A DNA stretch of 64,000 nt from Lama guanicoe (taxonomy: Eukaryota): contig MU054323.1 in NCBI GenBank assembly GCA_013239625.1, forward strand, positions 17,860,029 to 17,924,028, written 5' to 3'. The number at the start of each line of letters is the position of its first letter. The first letter of the stretch is position 1. The notes under the pieces were generated by a model that saw only the letters and a program-made list of their open reading frames with translations, was not told where the DNA came from and ran no database searches. Positions 1 to 12,935 of the stretch are shown here, piece after piece. A program made the translations under genes and the position numbers.

Positions 1-170
1 ACTATGCTAAGAACTTTTTATGACTTATTTTAATCCTTCAGCAGCCCTAAGGAAGCAATATAAAAATCCCCTTTTACAGATAAGGAAACTGGGACATAAA
101 AAAATTAAGCAGTTTGCCCAAACCCACAGGCACTAAGTAGTAGAACCAGGATTCACACCTAGGCTGCCAC
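1..170 (-). mobile_element. MIR SINE fragment
   Basis: CCCTTTTACAGATAAGGAAACTGGG...AAGCAGTTTGCCCAA...AGGATTCACACCTAGG is the reverse-complement MIR core. Confidence 0.8.
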
Positions 171-929
171 TCATTGGCTTCATAAATGCAGGACATGATT
201 CAGTCTTCCTGACTTCAGTTTTGGGCTGTCTACATGGTGGGCAGACAGGGTGTTCTGTGTGTCCTATCCCTGCGAATTTTCTTTATTCTTCCCAGAAAGC
301 CCAGAATTTCCTGCTTGAAATTCCCGCAGAATCTAGACGGTGGAATGACTTCCCAAAGTCACTCAGTTAATGGGATGATCCTGGGTGGCATGTGGGCTTT
401 CTGACCTTTCATCTCATGAGTTAAAACAAAAAAATACCAAAAAGCAAAACTGAGACCCAAAATACCATCTTTCAGATATCATATCTGTTTTAACATTTGG
501 AGGTTGACTCTTATATGACTCAAGGTAGCTCAAGGAAAGGGGACTTACTTAAAAGTGCGGAGGGGAGGGAGTCAGTGACACGCCTCCTTCCACTCATCAC
601 AGTCTCTCTCGAGGGACACATTCTTTTCCTCTGTCCTCCCCATCTCTTTCCTGCAGGCAAGGCTCTCTCCACTGCTCCTCTGCTTGCAGGGGAATGAAAA
701 TGGCCCCTCCAGCCCTGATTCAACAATATCCTTCAGTTTACACATCAGCGATCATGTGAGCAATTGTGGGTTTTGTGTCTATTATTTCTAATTTTCCTGT
801 CAGAGAATTCTAAGTTATTAATTGGCCAAAGTCAAGTTGTTATTAAAAACAGGGCCAGGAAGGCCACTCACTTCAATAGGGTTGTGGGGGTAATTCCAAA
901 TAATGGAATCATACCCCAATAGTCTACTA

Positions 930-1425
930 CAATTTTTTAAAATAAAAATGAGATCATACCTCTTGTAACTTTTTATTTTAACTGAATACTTTGCTAACGT
1001 ACTTCCCTGTCTATAAATGCCTTCTCAGTTCTAGTGACAATGCAGTGTACCCATTGTACGCATATCTCCTCAATTCTAGTGACAATGCAGTGTATCCATT
1101 GTACGCACCTGCTTTCATTTGCTCAGCCATTTCCTGTTGCTGGGTGTGCTTTCCTCCAGGTATTTGCCAGTATAGTCAATGTGGTGATGAACTCTGTCAT
1201 ACATTTTTGTGCCCAGTCTTAATTAATTTTTTAGGGTAAATTCTTAAAAAGCAAAATTGCTAGGTTGAGAAGTGTGGACACTGTTAAGGCTTTAGAAACC
1301 ATACCCAAGTTACCTTCTCAGAAAGCCATCCCAGTTTGTACTTCCACCAGCAAGGCAGCAAACCTTCCCACCACCTCACCAGCCCTGGGGACTATTCTTT
1401 ATCTTTGCCAGTTTGATAGGCAAAA
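930..1425 (-). mobile_element. Ancient L1 (L1M-type) 3' fragment
   Basis: AAAATTGCTAGGTTG...CAGTTTGTACTTCCACCAGCAA...CCACCTCACCAGCCCTGG resembles the antisense 3' region of L1. Confidence 0.6.
1021..1107. repeat. 45-bp tandem duplication (about 2 copies)
   Basis: CTCAGTTCTAGTGACAATGCAGTGTACCCATTGTACGCA recurs 45 bp later as CTCAATTCTAGTGACAATGCAGTGTATCCATTGTACGCA. Confidence 0.9.
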
Positions 1426-1654
1426 ACTGAACGCATTGTTCCCTAACCCTAACCCTGACCTAAGTTGAAGTGTGGGTAATTTTGAGTCTCCTCACAATTA
1501 CTTCCCGGGTCTTTGAAATGATTCAGGATAGAAGACTCCCAAGATATCATGCTAAAGAGAGATTAGGCTCCTTGAGAATCAGGACATTTTGAGGAGTGCA
1601 GGCTGGTGGGCTCGGCTGCACAGCTCAGAGGCAGTAGCCTCTGTGGTTTAAGTC

Positions 1655-1805
1655 AACAAGGTTTCCCAAGCACCCCTCGTGACGAAGATGACCTGATGTG
1701 TTTACTAAAAATAGACATTCCCAGGCTCCATCTGAGACCCACTGATTCAGACTCTTCAGGTGAGGGTCTGATGATTCGACCTTCAGAGAGCTTTGGAAAA
1801 CACAG
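1655..1805. mobile_element. MER5-like hAT-Charlie MITE
   Basis: TAAAAATAGACATTCCCAGGCTCCATCTGAGACCCACTGATTCAGACTCT...TTTGGAAAACACAG is typical of MER5. Confidence 0.65.
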
Positions 1806-4046
1806 GTTCAGAGGGTCTGTGGGAAGGCTTCTTGCAGCAGGTAGCTTTTAGGATGCCCATTCAGCCTACACAGTACCCACCAACACAACTCCCTACCCAC
1901 AGTCAGGACCCTAGTACTCACAGCTGGGCGATGCCGCACCCGTGTCCATGGCCACAAAGGAAGCCAGGCTGTGCCAGTCAGTCAGACTCTCTCTCTGCAC
2001 ATTGAAAGTGGTATTTAGTGGTAGCCAGTCTGTCTCTAGAACCATAACATGGAATCTCAAGAACATGGGGAAGCTTTACTCTGCCATCTGGATGAAGAAG
2101 CAGTTAAAATGGTCCACAGGGAGACACAGGAATGAAACACAGGTTCCTTTTCGGTTTGCAGTTGCTTGATTTGCTTTCAATACCTTGTACCTCTACCGAA
2201 ACACTCAGATATTAAAAAAAGATCATCTACATGTAACTGAAAACCTTTACATTGAACATGAATTGAAGTTAATGGGTCTTCTATTGTAAAAATGCAAATC
2301 CTTCTGGAAGGATGAAGGTAATCAAAAATTCATAGTTTAATGTAAATCACTTTAACCAGATTACTGCAAACTCTGGGAACAGGACTGTTATTCATAGGGC
2401 AAAGGGTGAGGAGCGGGCAACGAAGGTGATGTGGGGTAAGAGCAGTAGTTTTGGAGACCAACAAGGGAACATGGACACTGGATATGGTCATTTCTACGTG
2501 ATGTTGACACGTTTTCTCCTTGTGCTAGCATGTGCGCAGGTATTTCCAATTTAGGACGATCTATTCCCCAGTGTGGGTATCAGGTGGCATTTAGGCTCTG
2601 TGAGTTTCAGTTTTTGTTGCTGTAAATAATACCTGGTTAGGATTCTTGAACTGAAGCTTAAACATATGAGTGGGTTATTTGAAGACAACTCTGTGTGCTC
2701 AGTAGAGTTGATTTAGTGTTTAGTCAACTGGTCAACTCAGTGCACAACTACTTATGTTTAGCCCTTGTTCATCACACAAAAGGGGAAGACAGATTTTCCC
2801 TCCCTCACTCTTAGGGCTGGGTGCGATGCTCTTCTGGGTATTTTGATCCATTGTTCTCTTTTGTTCCTGATTAAAGGGCTTATGGACTTTTTCAGGAAGT
2901 TGTCTCAGTGTTCCATTATGATCACAATTTCTAGACTTTCCTACCAGGTCAGTAACTTGTTCAAAGATCACCTTCAGGTTCCTGAAATTTCTCTTTTGCT
3001 TTCTGAACATCTGGTCCTCGTTAATTCTCCTCTGTCCTGTTTCCCCCACTATTTTCCTACTTACTATTTCTTGTGTGGACTAGCTAGAAGGGAAGTTTCT
3101 TATTATCCTTATTGCTGATGAGGAGGGACATATCTGACTTCCCAGGAGCTCTTTAAGGTTCTTCATGCTGCTCTTCTTTGAAGAAAGCCCCAACACTTGG
3201 AAGAAGGTGAAACCACTGAACTTCAAAGGTGTTGGCAAATCGCTCAGGATCTGATGCACTCCTGCTTTTGACCTTTTATTGCCACATCAGTGATTCATTT
3301 TGTTGTTTTTTAAGGGCTTCCCTTCCTTTTCCAGGGAGGTAGTTTTGAATTTCACTCTGTGGTCCCCAGAAGGCTACATGTGTGAGTTTAGTCTAGGTTG
3401 TTTGATGCAATTACAATTTTATCTGATGATCTGGGTAATACATTTTGAAAAGGAGTGTCTGAGGGCTGGTCCGGAAAGTCCAGTTCTAGGTCCCTGGCTG
3501 AGTTCACAAGGAAAACACATTGCAAGGAGGACATATCTGATCTCTGGGAGCCAAATTGTCCCTGAGGCTGCATTCTGCCTGAGAATGGCTGGCTGTGGCT
3601 CCCTGATGCTGCCTCTTCAGCTGTGGGCTGGGAAGGCATATGAGAATGAAGCTTAGGAAATCCATGTTTTCTTGGCACCTTCTTAACGTGGGGTGTAATA
3701 TAATGTGGCGATTTGTGTGTATAATAAATTTCTTTTTATTAACTCTTACGTGGGTTTTCAGGGTACTTCCATAATGCAAACTCCTGACTCTCACTGTGAA
3801 TTATTTTTCTCATTTATGGCTGGACAAACGGAAGCATAAAGAGAAGTGATGACTTGTCTGAGATCACCAAGTCAGTGAACTAGGCAGAACTCATAGACTG
3901 ATTATCCCCTACCGGACCCCTTGTCCCGCCAGTCCACCTCACCTTTAGTCTTCCCTGACAGCTGCCATTCACTGCTCCTTAGGGAAAAAGAAATTCAAAT
4001 GCAGATGAAGGAAAAGGAAATTCTTTCAGTCTAGTGTTCTCTTTTT

Positions 4047-4083
4047 AAAATTTATTTTTATTTTTAGTGTTTTTATTGAAGTA
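4047..4083 (-). mobile_element. Ultra-short L1 3' tail insertion
   Basis: T-rich tail plus TTTTATTGAAGTA (the reverse-complement L1 3' terminus also seen near 39400), flanked by an imperfect repeat TCTAGTGTTCTCTTTTT / TCCAGTGCTCTTTT. Confidence 0.55.
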
Positions 4084-5189
4084 TCCAGTGCTCTTTTAAT
4101 ATTTAATCCAAACCTGTGCTGTTGGACTAGCAGCCCCCACGTGACTTGATATAGTTATGATTAAACTAAGTCTAGGGAGAAAAGTATATGTACAGTAAAC
4201 TAACACTCATGCATTTTGGAGGAGAAAACTGCTGACTCAAGTGAAGTATACATTTATTTCAACCACATGAACTATAGCGACTGCTATTTGTTTCTTTCTG
4301 TTCACTCAGGGATTAAATTGAGTTTAAGCCGCCTGGAACAGTTTGATGACTCCTCCTTCCAGCCGTGAAAGGTGCCAGGTGTCTTGCCCCTAGAATCTGA
4401 CATCCTATTGGTGAGGATAACAATCCACAGCTGAGATCCTTTGGATCTTTTTAGGTGCATCTACAGACTGATTTAGGGCAGTGGCATGAGAAATCGATCA
4501 GAATGATGCCGAGCTAAGAGCATGAGCTTTGGCGACCAATGGTCTTAGGTTTGAGTTCTGCTGCTTAGTAACAGTGTGATTGGGAACTCTGTGAGCATTT
4601 CCTTTCAGGTGACAGTTAATAGCATATGATAGGTAGATAATAATGATCATAGTAATAATGATAATCATTAAAGCAGCTGCTATTAAATAAGTGCTTACTA
4701 CACACCAGTCGCTGTGCTAAGTGATCTCACTTAATCTTTACAACAGTAAGAAATGGGTACTGCTAACAAGTGTATACTTCATCAATGTCAGTTGCTTCTT
4801 TCCTTAACTGAGCAGATATTCACTGAGTGCGGGATGCATGCAGGCTTTGGACGAGTGTTGGAGGTTCAGCCTTAGATGGGTCGTGATCCCATCTCTCAAG
4901 GAGTTCTTGTATTCCTGAGGGAATGGGGAAGCAGACAAAGGAAATACAGTACGATAAGGACTCTCAGGGATATGATGTGAGCAAATGGAGGGGAGAATAT
5001 GAAACAAACTGGGAGTGAAGAAAGGCTGAATCCTCGAGGCTTGGTGGCCTGAGAGGTTGCTGGACCACTAGAGGCCATGGACTCCTGAGTTCAAGTCCAG
5101 TGCCCTCTACTGATCCCTGCTTCCTTGATGAGCATCACCACTAAACCAAGACTCTGGGAAGCTTCTTCCCAAGGAAAGGATTACTTTAA

Positions 5190-5305
5190 AGAAAAAAAAA
5201 AAGACTTTTTATTGTGAAAATTTTCAAATTTACAAAAATAGAGAGAATAGAATAGATGCTTTTGCCCCCCCTCCAATTCAACAATTACCAACATTTGCCA
5301 CATAA
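5190..5305 (-). mobile_element. Old L1MC/ME-like 3' end fragment
   Basis: TTTTATTGTGAAAATTTTCAAATTTACAAAAATAGAGAGAATAG...CAACAATTACCAACATTTGCC. Confidence 0.6.
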
Positions 5306-6148
5306 GCTGTGTGGAACGGACTCTTAATGGGGGGTTTCCTGCAGCAGGCTCTTCTGGTGGTTCCAAAGAGACTACATATATTTCATGTCCATTGCCTTTG
5401 TCCTGTATCCCAAAACTGAATTTTCTTCCCTCCCTCTACTGTGAAGACATCCCTTGATTCTAATAGGGGAGTGGATATGGGGCCTGCGATCCAACCTGTA
5501 TCACTGCTGGAGTAAAACCAGCCCCACATGTATACTGGAATAGCATCTCCTTTTAAACTAAAGAAAGCATTATTATTCCTGTAATCAAATTTGCATTTGC
5601 ACATATGCATTAAAAAAAAACATCAGTCACAATGCCTGGTTTGGTGAACTACGCCTTAATCATCATGTGGTCCGTGCAGTGTGGACATCTTTAACAAATG
5701 GATCAGACACAATGGGCATCTCAGTTAAGATGCTAGACCTCATTAGGGAACTGTTGTCACCCACATCTATTTCTTGGCAATCATCTTGTGAATGCTAGAT
5801 CTGATTGTGAAAATAGATTTGCACTTTGTTTTTCTCCTTTTTCTCCATCAGTCCCAGTCCCTGGAAAAGAGTCTGTGTCAGGCAGCATGCTCTGAGTGGC
5901 AATACTGAAGGCAGAGAAAATTTAAAAAAAAAGAGCACTTAGAACACTAACCCATGGAATTCATTTTGTGGTGCATATTTTGGATTACAAAAGAATTGAT
6001 TGAGCTTATGAAATAAGAGTAAGTCATTTCTGGAAGGGAAATTTGTTTTAGCATTCAGTAAAGGGACTGATTGAGGTTTACCAAAGTTACTTAGAATAGG
6101 GCTGCTTTTGTTAAAAAGGAAGTGATTATTCATAGGAGAAAGTATTTT

Positions 6149-7215
6149 TTAAAAAAATTTTTAAAGCGTATTTTTTTCTTTGAAATACAATCAGTTTGCA
6201 GTATGTCAATTTCTGGTGTACAGCATAATGTTTCTGTCATATGTATACATAGATATATTCATTTTCATATTCTTTTTCATTGTAGGTTACTACATGATAT
6301 TGAATATAGTTCACTGTGCTATACAGGAGAAACTTAAAACTTGCTGTTTACCTATTTTATATATAGTAGATAGTATTTGCAAATCTCAAACTCTCGATTT
6401 ATCGCTTTCCACCCCTTTTCCCCTGGTAACCATAAGTTTGTTTATTATGTCTGTGAGCCTGTTTCTGTTTTAGATAATTTCATTTATTTCTTCTTTTTTT
6501 TTAGATTCCACATGTGAGTGATATCATATGGTATTTTTCTTTCTCTTTCTGGCTTACTTCACTTAGAATGACAATCTCTAGGTCCATCCATGTTTCTGTA
6601 AATGGCATTATTTTATTATTTTTTATGGCTGAGTACTATTCCATTCTGTGAGTGTATGGGTGTGTGTGTGTGTATCCAGTCATCTGTTGATGGACATTTA
6701 GGTTGTTTCCATGTTTTGGCTATTGTAAACAGTGCTGCTATGAATATTGGGGTGCATGTATCTTTTCAAATTAGAGTTCCCTCTGGATATATGCCTAGGA
6801 ATGGGATTCCTGGATCATATGGTAAGTCTGTTTTTAGCTTTTTTGAGGAATCTCCATACTGTTTTCCATAATGGCTACACCAAACTGCATTCCCACCAAC
6901 AGTGTAGGAGGGTTCCTCTTTCTCCACAGCCTCTCCAGCATTTGTTATTTGTGGACCTTTGAATGATGGCTATTCTGACTGGTGTGAGGTGATTCTGCAC
7001 TGTAGTTCTGATTTGCACTTCTCTGATAACTAGCGATATTAAGTATTTTTTCATGTGCCTATTGGCTGTTTGTATGTCTTCACTGGAGAATTGCTTGTTT
7101 AGCTCTTCTGCCCATTTTTGGATTGGGTTGTTTATTTTTTTGTTATTAAGTTGTATGAGCTGCTTATATATTCTGGAAATTAAGCCCTTGTCACTCACAT
7201 CATTTGCAAATATTT
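6149..7215 (-). mobile_element. 5'-truncated lineage-specific L1 (end of ORF2 plus 3' UTR)
   Basis: Minus-strand ORF 6875-7258 gives [19 protein letters not shown]...NNPIQKWA...HLTPVRIA...[18 protein letters not shown] (L1 ORF2 C-terminus); T-rich tail; TSD GGAGAAAGTATTTT (6135-6148) / GGAGAAAGCATTTT (7216-7229). Confidence 0.95.
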
Positions 7216-10200
7216 GGAGAAAGCATTTTGGATTGTCAGACAGGAGTCTTAATTTCAAGTCCTAGGCTCCGCTTTGATGAACCAGGTGGTATTTGACAAG
7301 GCACTTCACCCTTCTGGTCTTAGTTTCCTTCCCTATAAAGTATACAAGATCCTTTTAGTCTTTGATATTTTGTGATTTTAAGAGTTTAATGCAATGCTGT
7401 GGTTAAAAGCAGGGTCTTTAGGAATAGGATAAAGCTGGGTTACAGGCCTATGTCAGCTTCTTGTTAGCTGGGTGATCTTGGAAAAACTCAACCTTACTAT
7501 TCTCCATTTTCAATTTGTAAAACTAGTACAGTAGTAATAGCACACCCAAGAATTCTTCTCTGATCAGGTGTGTTATGCTTAGCATATGGGAGTTCTTTTT
7601 ATTATGTGTTCTTGTTACCTAAATAATCAGAGATCCAGAAAGAAAAACAAAACCCTCAACAAAATTTTACTGAAAAATGAAGCAAAATCTTTTTCTCTGA
7701 TGGAGTGCTAGCCTACACGAAGAAAGAACGCATTATGAGCTCAGTACCATGTCTGTGGTTCACTTCTAAGTTCATTCATTTAAACAATCAACCAGCATTC
7801 ACCGAATACCTTCTAGATTCTTGACATTCTACTGGTCTCAAGGATAAAAAGGCGAATGTGACATCTTTCTTGCTATCATGAAACTTATAGTAGACAGGGC
7901 AGAAGTCAACTTAACCAATATTTTCATGTTACCTTGTTCACCAGATCTTTCCTCCCTTGTGCTTTCTGGAAATTCTTTCAGATTTGGAACTCAAAGGCTG
8001 GTGCCAGTTTCTAAGATTGCCCTAAAGTCAGATTTCTCTGTGATCTGAGGCTCAGATGCCTTGCAGCGTTAGCTTCTCAGCCACACAACTGCAGATTCTC
8101 CGAGTTGAAGTCTACAATCAATTCAATTCTTCTCTTTCTAAAAAGGGTTTATTTGAAAGAAGATTTGACACAGACTGGGAAAATGTGCAGATGTTTGGAC
8201 AGTTATTTGAAACAAGCAAGCAAGCAAACAAACAAAACAAGCAGAGTGAGTAGCGCACTTCCATTTTACAAAATCATAAACTTAGTTAACTTCTGCTACG
8301 TCCCCTCCGAGTGTCGGGCAGGCAGTTTTCAAAGCAATGTGGATGTATTGTTATTAATCCTCGCAGAGCCATGGTAAGTAGATTCTAGGATGATTCCCGT
8401 TTTGCTGGTGAGAAAAATGGAAGGACATCTAGGTTGAATCACTGGCTAGTCAGACAACTAGTACATGGCTAAATTGGAATTTAATCTCTTACAGTCTGAC
8501 CCTAGAAGCAGGCACATAGCCAGCAGTTTCTGAATGGCACAACGTACTTGTAATAATTTTCTATTGTTTTATTAAATATTGAGCTCCAGAAAATTAAATC
8601 ACAGCAGACTGCAACTATAATTCAAACTTTTATTAAATGTCAGAATACTGGATCCTTGGATGCATTTTACTTCTGGGCAAATTATCCAGGTTTGAAGGGT
8701 ATATTTAAGTATTTGCTGCTGTGATTATTATGTTGACTTATCGTGGCAAATCAGATTACACAGTGAGGAGGATTAAATGACTGACACAGACTTTTGGGAG
8801 GAAACCTTTTGATCTTGGTGTGCGAGTTTAGATGTTCCCTTAAAACCAGCAGGCCTTCTCCTGGCCTGACTATTTCTTTTGAACTACTAGCTCTATTGAG
8901 AGAGTTGTCATTTAACTGGGAACTTGTGAGCTCTGAAAGGGATATTTCTTCTTTTCCTTCAGCAAGGTGCATGCCCATCAGAAGTAAATGCTCTTGGTTT
9001 GTGAGTAAGTTTATAGTCACTATCATAACCATTTTCTGTGTAGTTAGGAAAACCCCAAATTGCATCTTTTTATTCCTTCCTGAAAGTTCTCTCAAACATA
9101 ATTCTTTTAATGGAGATTTTTTTCTTGTCTTACTATACTATAAATCGTCATTGTTTAAGTTGGCGTCTCCTCCAAGAAGCAGCCATATTACTTACTTTTT
9201 GGACTCATCCGTCTCCTTCTGACTTTGTCCTCCCTACCTCCTTAAGGCTGGATTTTAAAATGGCCCCAGTTTGAACCTCATGTCCACCTCAGTCACAAAT
9301 CAAAAACTGGCAGGAAGTGTATCAGCCTCCCCTTTGGGATTAGCTGATGTTTCCAGCCTGGGTGTCCAGTGACAAGGTCACAATGCTGGCCCCACGCTCT
9401 TCTTCATCACCCAATACTGATGGCAACTTCTTACCTGACATCATGATTGAGCCCATCCTCAGAATCTCTTGCTATTTTGGGCCAAAACTCTGCTATCCAC
9501 AAATTCTGAACTGAGCCTGACCTCATTACACCTTTGGATGATATGCCTTGAGACTGAGTCTCACTCTCTCTGCCCAGAGCCCAGGGCAAAGCATAAGCTA
9601 AGAATGCTGGGCTGAATGCTCTGGTGGCCTGTGGGGGCAGTTACAAGAGTGAGTGCCGAAGACAGGCTCCAGGGGCCACGATGCTCATGATTCTAGAAAA
9701 GCAGTTTAAGCATCACTAAAGGAGAAAGGATAAGAAATGTCATGAGCTTGGAGGTGATGGGGTACCTTGTGGTATCAAAGAACAGATGGACAGAGGTGCC
9801 CGGATTGAAACTGGGGCTGAAGTGAATGGTTGGCTGGCACAGGGGCCAGGCAGAGATCTGGTGAGGGATGGAGGTAGAAGGGGTGACTCCTGTGGGCCCT
9901 GTGACCCCTTTATATGCCAGCGAGCGTGCACCTGTCAGACTGGACTCAGGGCCTTCGATGTTACAGCTGGCCCAGCTCGGACTCTGGTTTATGGTGCTCA
10001 TTCCTGCCTTCCCTTTGCTGCCAAGGCCCCAGCATGCCTCCTGCTTGCCTGAGTCTGGGCTCTGTCCCATTTTTGGTTTAATAGAATTGATGTTCCTCAG
10101 CACTCCCAGGACACGTGGAATTGCTCTGTTTGGCTCTGGCTCTGATTTCAACAGAAGGGGAAGAGAAAAGAGAACTGCCAAGGCCATTTCCTTCAACCAT

Positions 10201-11944
10201 AAGTCCCACCGTGCCCCCTGCTTCTTATGACTGACAACCCTGAAGGATTCTGAGCAGCCCTTTTCAATGAATATATTTTATTTTCTGTTTGTTTATCATA
10301 GAACATAAACAGTGGAGGAAAGAGAGTACCTCTAATTAAAGTCAGCAAATGTTTATCAAACATCTAGTATTGATCAGTTTTATTTACATCTCTAACCTTG
10401 TTATAACATCCACAGAGGCAAATATGATAGCAAATGTGGCTCCCAACTTCAAGGGTGGACCCAGAAATCATTTATGACTTCAAATCATCTAATACATATA
10501 GAAGTGTAACTAATATCACAATCTGGTTCACGGATTTAGATATATCATGACTCAAATTATAGCGACTGAAAAGAAACCACACAGAGAGCCTTTGTTATCA
10601 TCTTACTATTCAGCACCAGACTTTAAAAGAATTCTAACTTTAAGTTCTAAAGCTCTATGAATCCTCTTGTTATAACTAGCAATAAAATCTCACATACTCA
10701 TACATGCACATGCGCACTACTGGCAAGTCAGATTAGCCACAAAGCCGGCCAATGAATAGCTACTGATTGGCTGGATAAGCAGCCCATACATTGTTTGGCA
10801 AATTGGATCAAGCCACAGAAAAGTAGCTGCAGATAAAGTGAGAGATTTAACATCATTTACTTTCTCCTGGTGAGAGGTCCTATTTAATTTTCACACCCTT
10901 GTGTCCCATGTCTTTTCATGAAATACAGTAGTCTGCTTCTCAGAACTTCCCTGCTGGTGAAAAGCTTGCACTTGTTGCTTTTAATACATACTTAATTTCT
11001 GGTCTATAGGAATAACCTTGCCTCTGGGAAGGAAATGCATTGCATGGATACACTTTGTGAAGGTAAACACACAGAGGCATTCTGCTTTCTGTTAATTAAT
11101 AATAGAGATGCCAAGTTTTTATAGGAAACCAATTTTGCTTTTGAACACCAGGGAGAACTTTGAGTGTAAGAAATGTTTCAATTTAGGAAAACTATAGCAC
11201 AGCCAGAAGTCCAAATGTAACAGGTGAATTACAGTTGATGGAGAAGATTGGAAGCATCAGGAATTGGTCCATGAATGTTCAGTAAATACAACTGGATTCC
11301 CAAAAATCTTTTCTTGAAGCTGAAGGCAACTCCAAAAGTTGGGATTCATTGCAGCATTTCCCCAAGAGCTAGAATTCAGACACATAGGCTGGGACTGTGG
11401 GAGCTTGAGAGAGGCTGGTGTTGTGAGCAGCCCACTGGGTAGAGCCATGCCTTGGGCCTACCAGGGCCTTGCCTGGCTCATGAAAGATGGATATTTCCTG
11501 CCTCCAAATGGAAACCGAGTCTGGCCTTTTTGCAGGATGGTACTTTCAGCTTCCTCTTGTTTTTATTCATTATGAATGCTCACTAACTGTGACATGATCT
11601 CCTCCATGTATTTAAAGGAACCCCAGGCTGGCGTTGTCAAAAGTTTTGCTGTATACACAGATGCTGCAAGTCAGCAGGAATGCGGAGTTTGATGGGGTGA
11701 GTGGCAAAGGATGTGAGGGCTGAGTCACTGCAAAGCATTTCACTCAACCCCTCTTATGCACTGGGTTCTATTCTGGTGCAGTTACCAACTCTGCACCATC
11801 TACACTGCACCTGCCTTCGGCTTGTGCCCCATTGTCTGCCTGGAGGTGTAGTTGGTGACGAAGTATGCTGAAAGTCAAAACAGTTACTTAAAGTGAAAAC
11901 ACCAAAGCCTAGGTCTTCTGACCCCCTCCCAAAGGTGCCTGCCC

Positions 11945-12400
11945 TTTGACTTCCAGAAATCAATTCTACAGAAATATTTAAACAAGTGTCCACAAGTACA
12001 TCCACAGTGAAGTTAATTATAGCATCATGCACAAGAATGACAAATTAGAAGCAACCCAAATGGGGAGGGGGTGCATAAATTATGATATATTTATGCAATG
12101 GTATATTATGTAGCTGTGAAAAACTAGCCAAGCAGCTGTATTTGGATAAAGATGTCCACTTTAGATTGCTAAGGGAAAAACATCTCTCTCTCTCTCTTTA
12201 TATGTATATCTAAAATATGATCTCATTTCTGTGTTTCAGAAACTGTGTATCAGTGCTGCTTTTGGGGACTGGAGTTGAGGGAAGTGAGGGGAGGCTCATC
12301 ACTTTAGCTTGCTACATTTCTGTTTTACTGGAAAGTTTGCAATTAATGTGTATTACTTCTGTAACTAAATATATATTTGCAAAAGGAGATTAAATAATTT
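11945..12400 (+). mobile_element. Ancient L1ME-like 3' fragment
   Basis: AATTAGAAGCAACCCAAAT...ATAAATTATGATATATTTATGCAATGG...TATGTAGCTGTGAAAAA. Confidence 0.6.
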
Positions 12401-12659
12401 AAAAGCTTTTCAGTCAAGATTCCCAGAGTAATCCTGGAATTATACAGTAGCCAAAAAGAATAAATTCATAATTACAAACAGAGGTTCCATGGTCACTCCA
12501 GGCTCCTGGATGAAGCATTTCATCTGAGTGTATTTCTTATCCTAGTAATATTCTAGAAATGCTTTCTGTCTCACAAGAGAAGGTGGGACTGTAAGTCCAA
12601 GTTGTTTATCCACCTGGCCCCTTTGTTCTATTAGCTTAATGACACTATTAATAACATAC

Positions 12660-12935
12660 ATTATTCATTTCCTATTTTATAGTTTATGAAGCACTTTTCA
12701 TGTCTTGAATAATACAACAAAGCTACGAAGGAGTTCTATGATCCTTGTTTTCCAACAAAGTAATCGAGGTTTAGGGAAGTTAGTAGACATGCTCTAAATC
12801 ACACAACTAGATAGGGCAGAGCCGCAGTAGGAGTCAGATGGGGATTCTATCCCAGTTAGCCATTAATTCTAGAAAAATCACTGTTTTTCTAGGTCTCAGG
12901 CTCCTCAACTATAAAACTGGGATTGTGAAGTTTCT
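12660..12935. mobile_element. Two MIR fragments in opposite orientation
   Basis: GAGGTTTAGGGAAGTTAGTAGAC...AATCACACAACTAG (minus) followed by GGTCTCAGGCTCCTCAACTATAAAACTGGG (plus core). Confidence 0.6.

Noticed and set aside
1021..1107. CRISPR-like repeat
   Set aside because: Only two adjacent copies with no unique spacers, in eukaryotic DNA with no cas genes.
2732..3118. Overlapping 105/117-aa ORFs as a possible processed pseudogene
   Set aside because: I could not recognise a parent gene, poly(A) tail or TSD; it may be an old LINE remnant. BLASTX or Dfam would be needed to decide.
6875..7258. Functional reverse-transcriptase-related gene
   Set aside because: Only the C-terminal piece of L1 ORF2 in a 5'-truncated copy.
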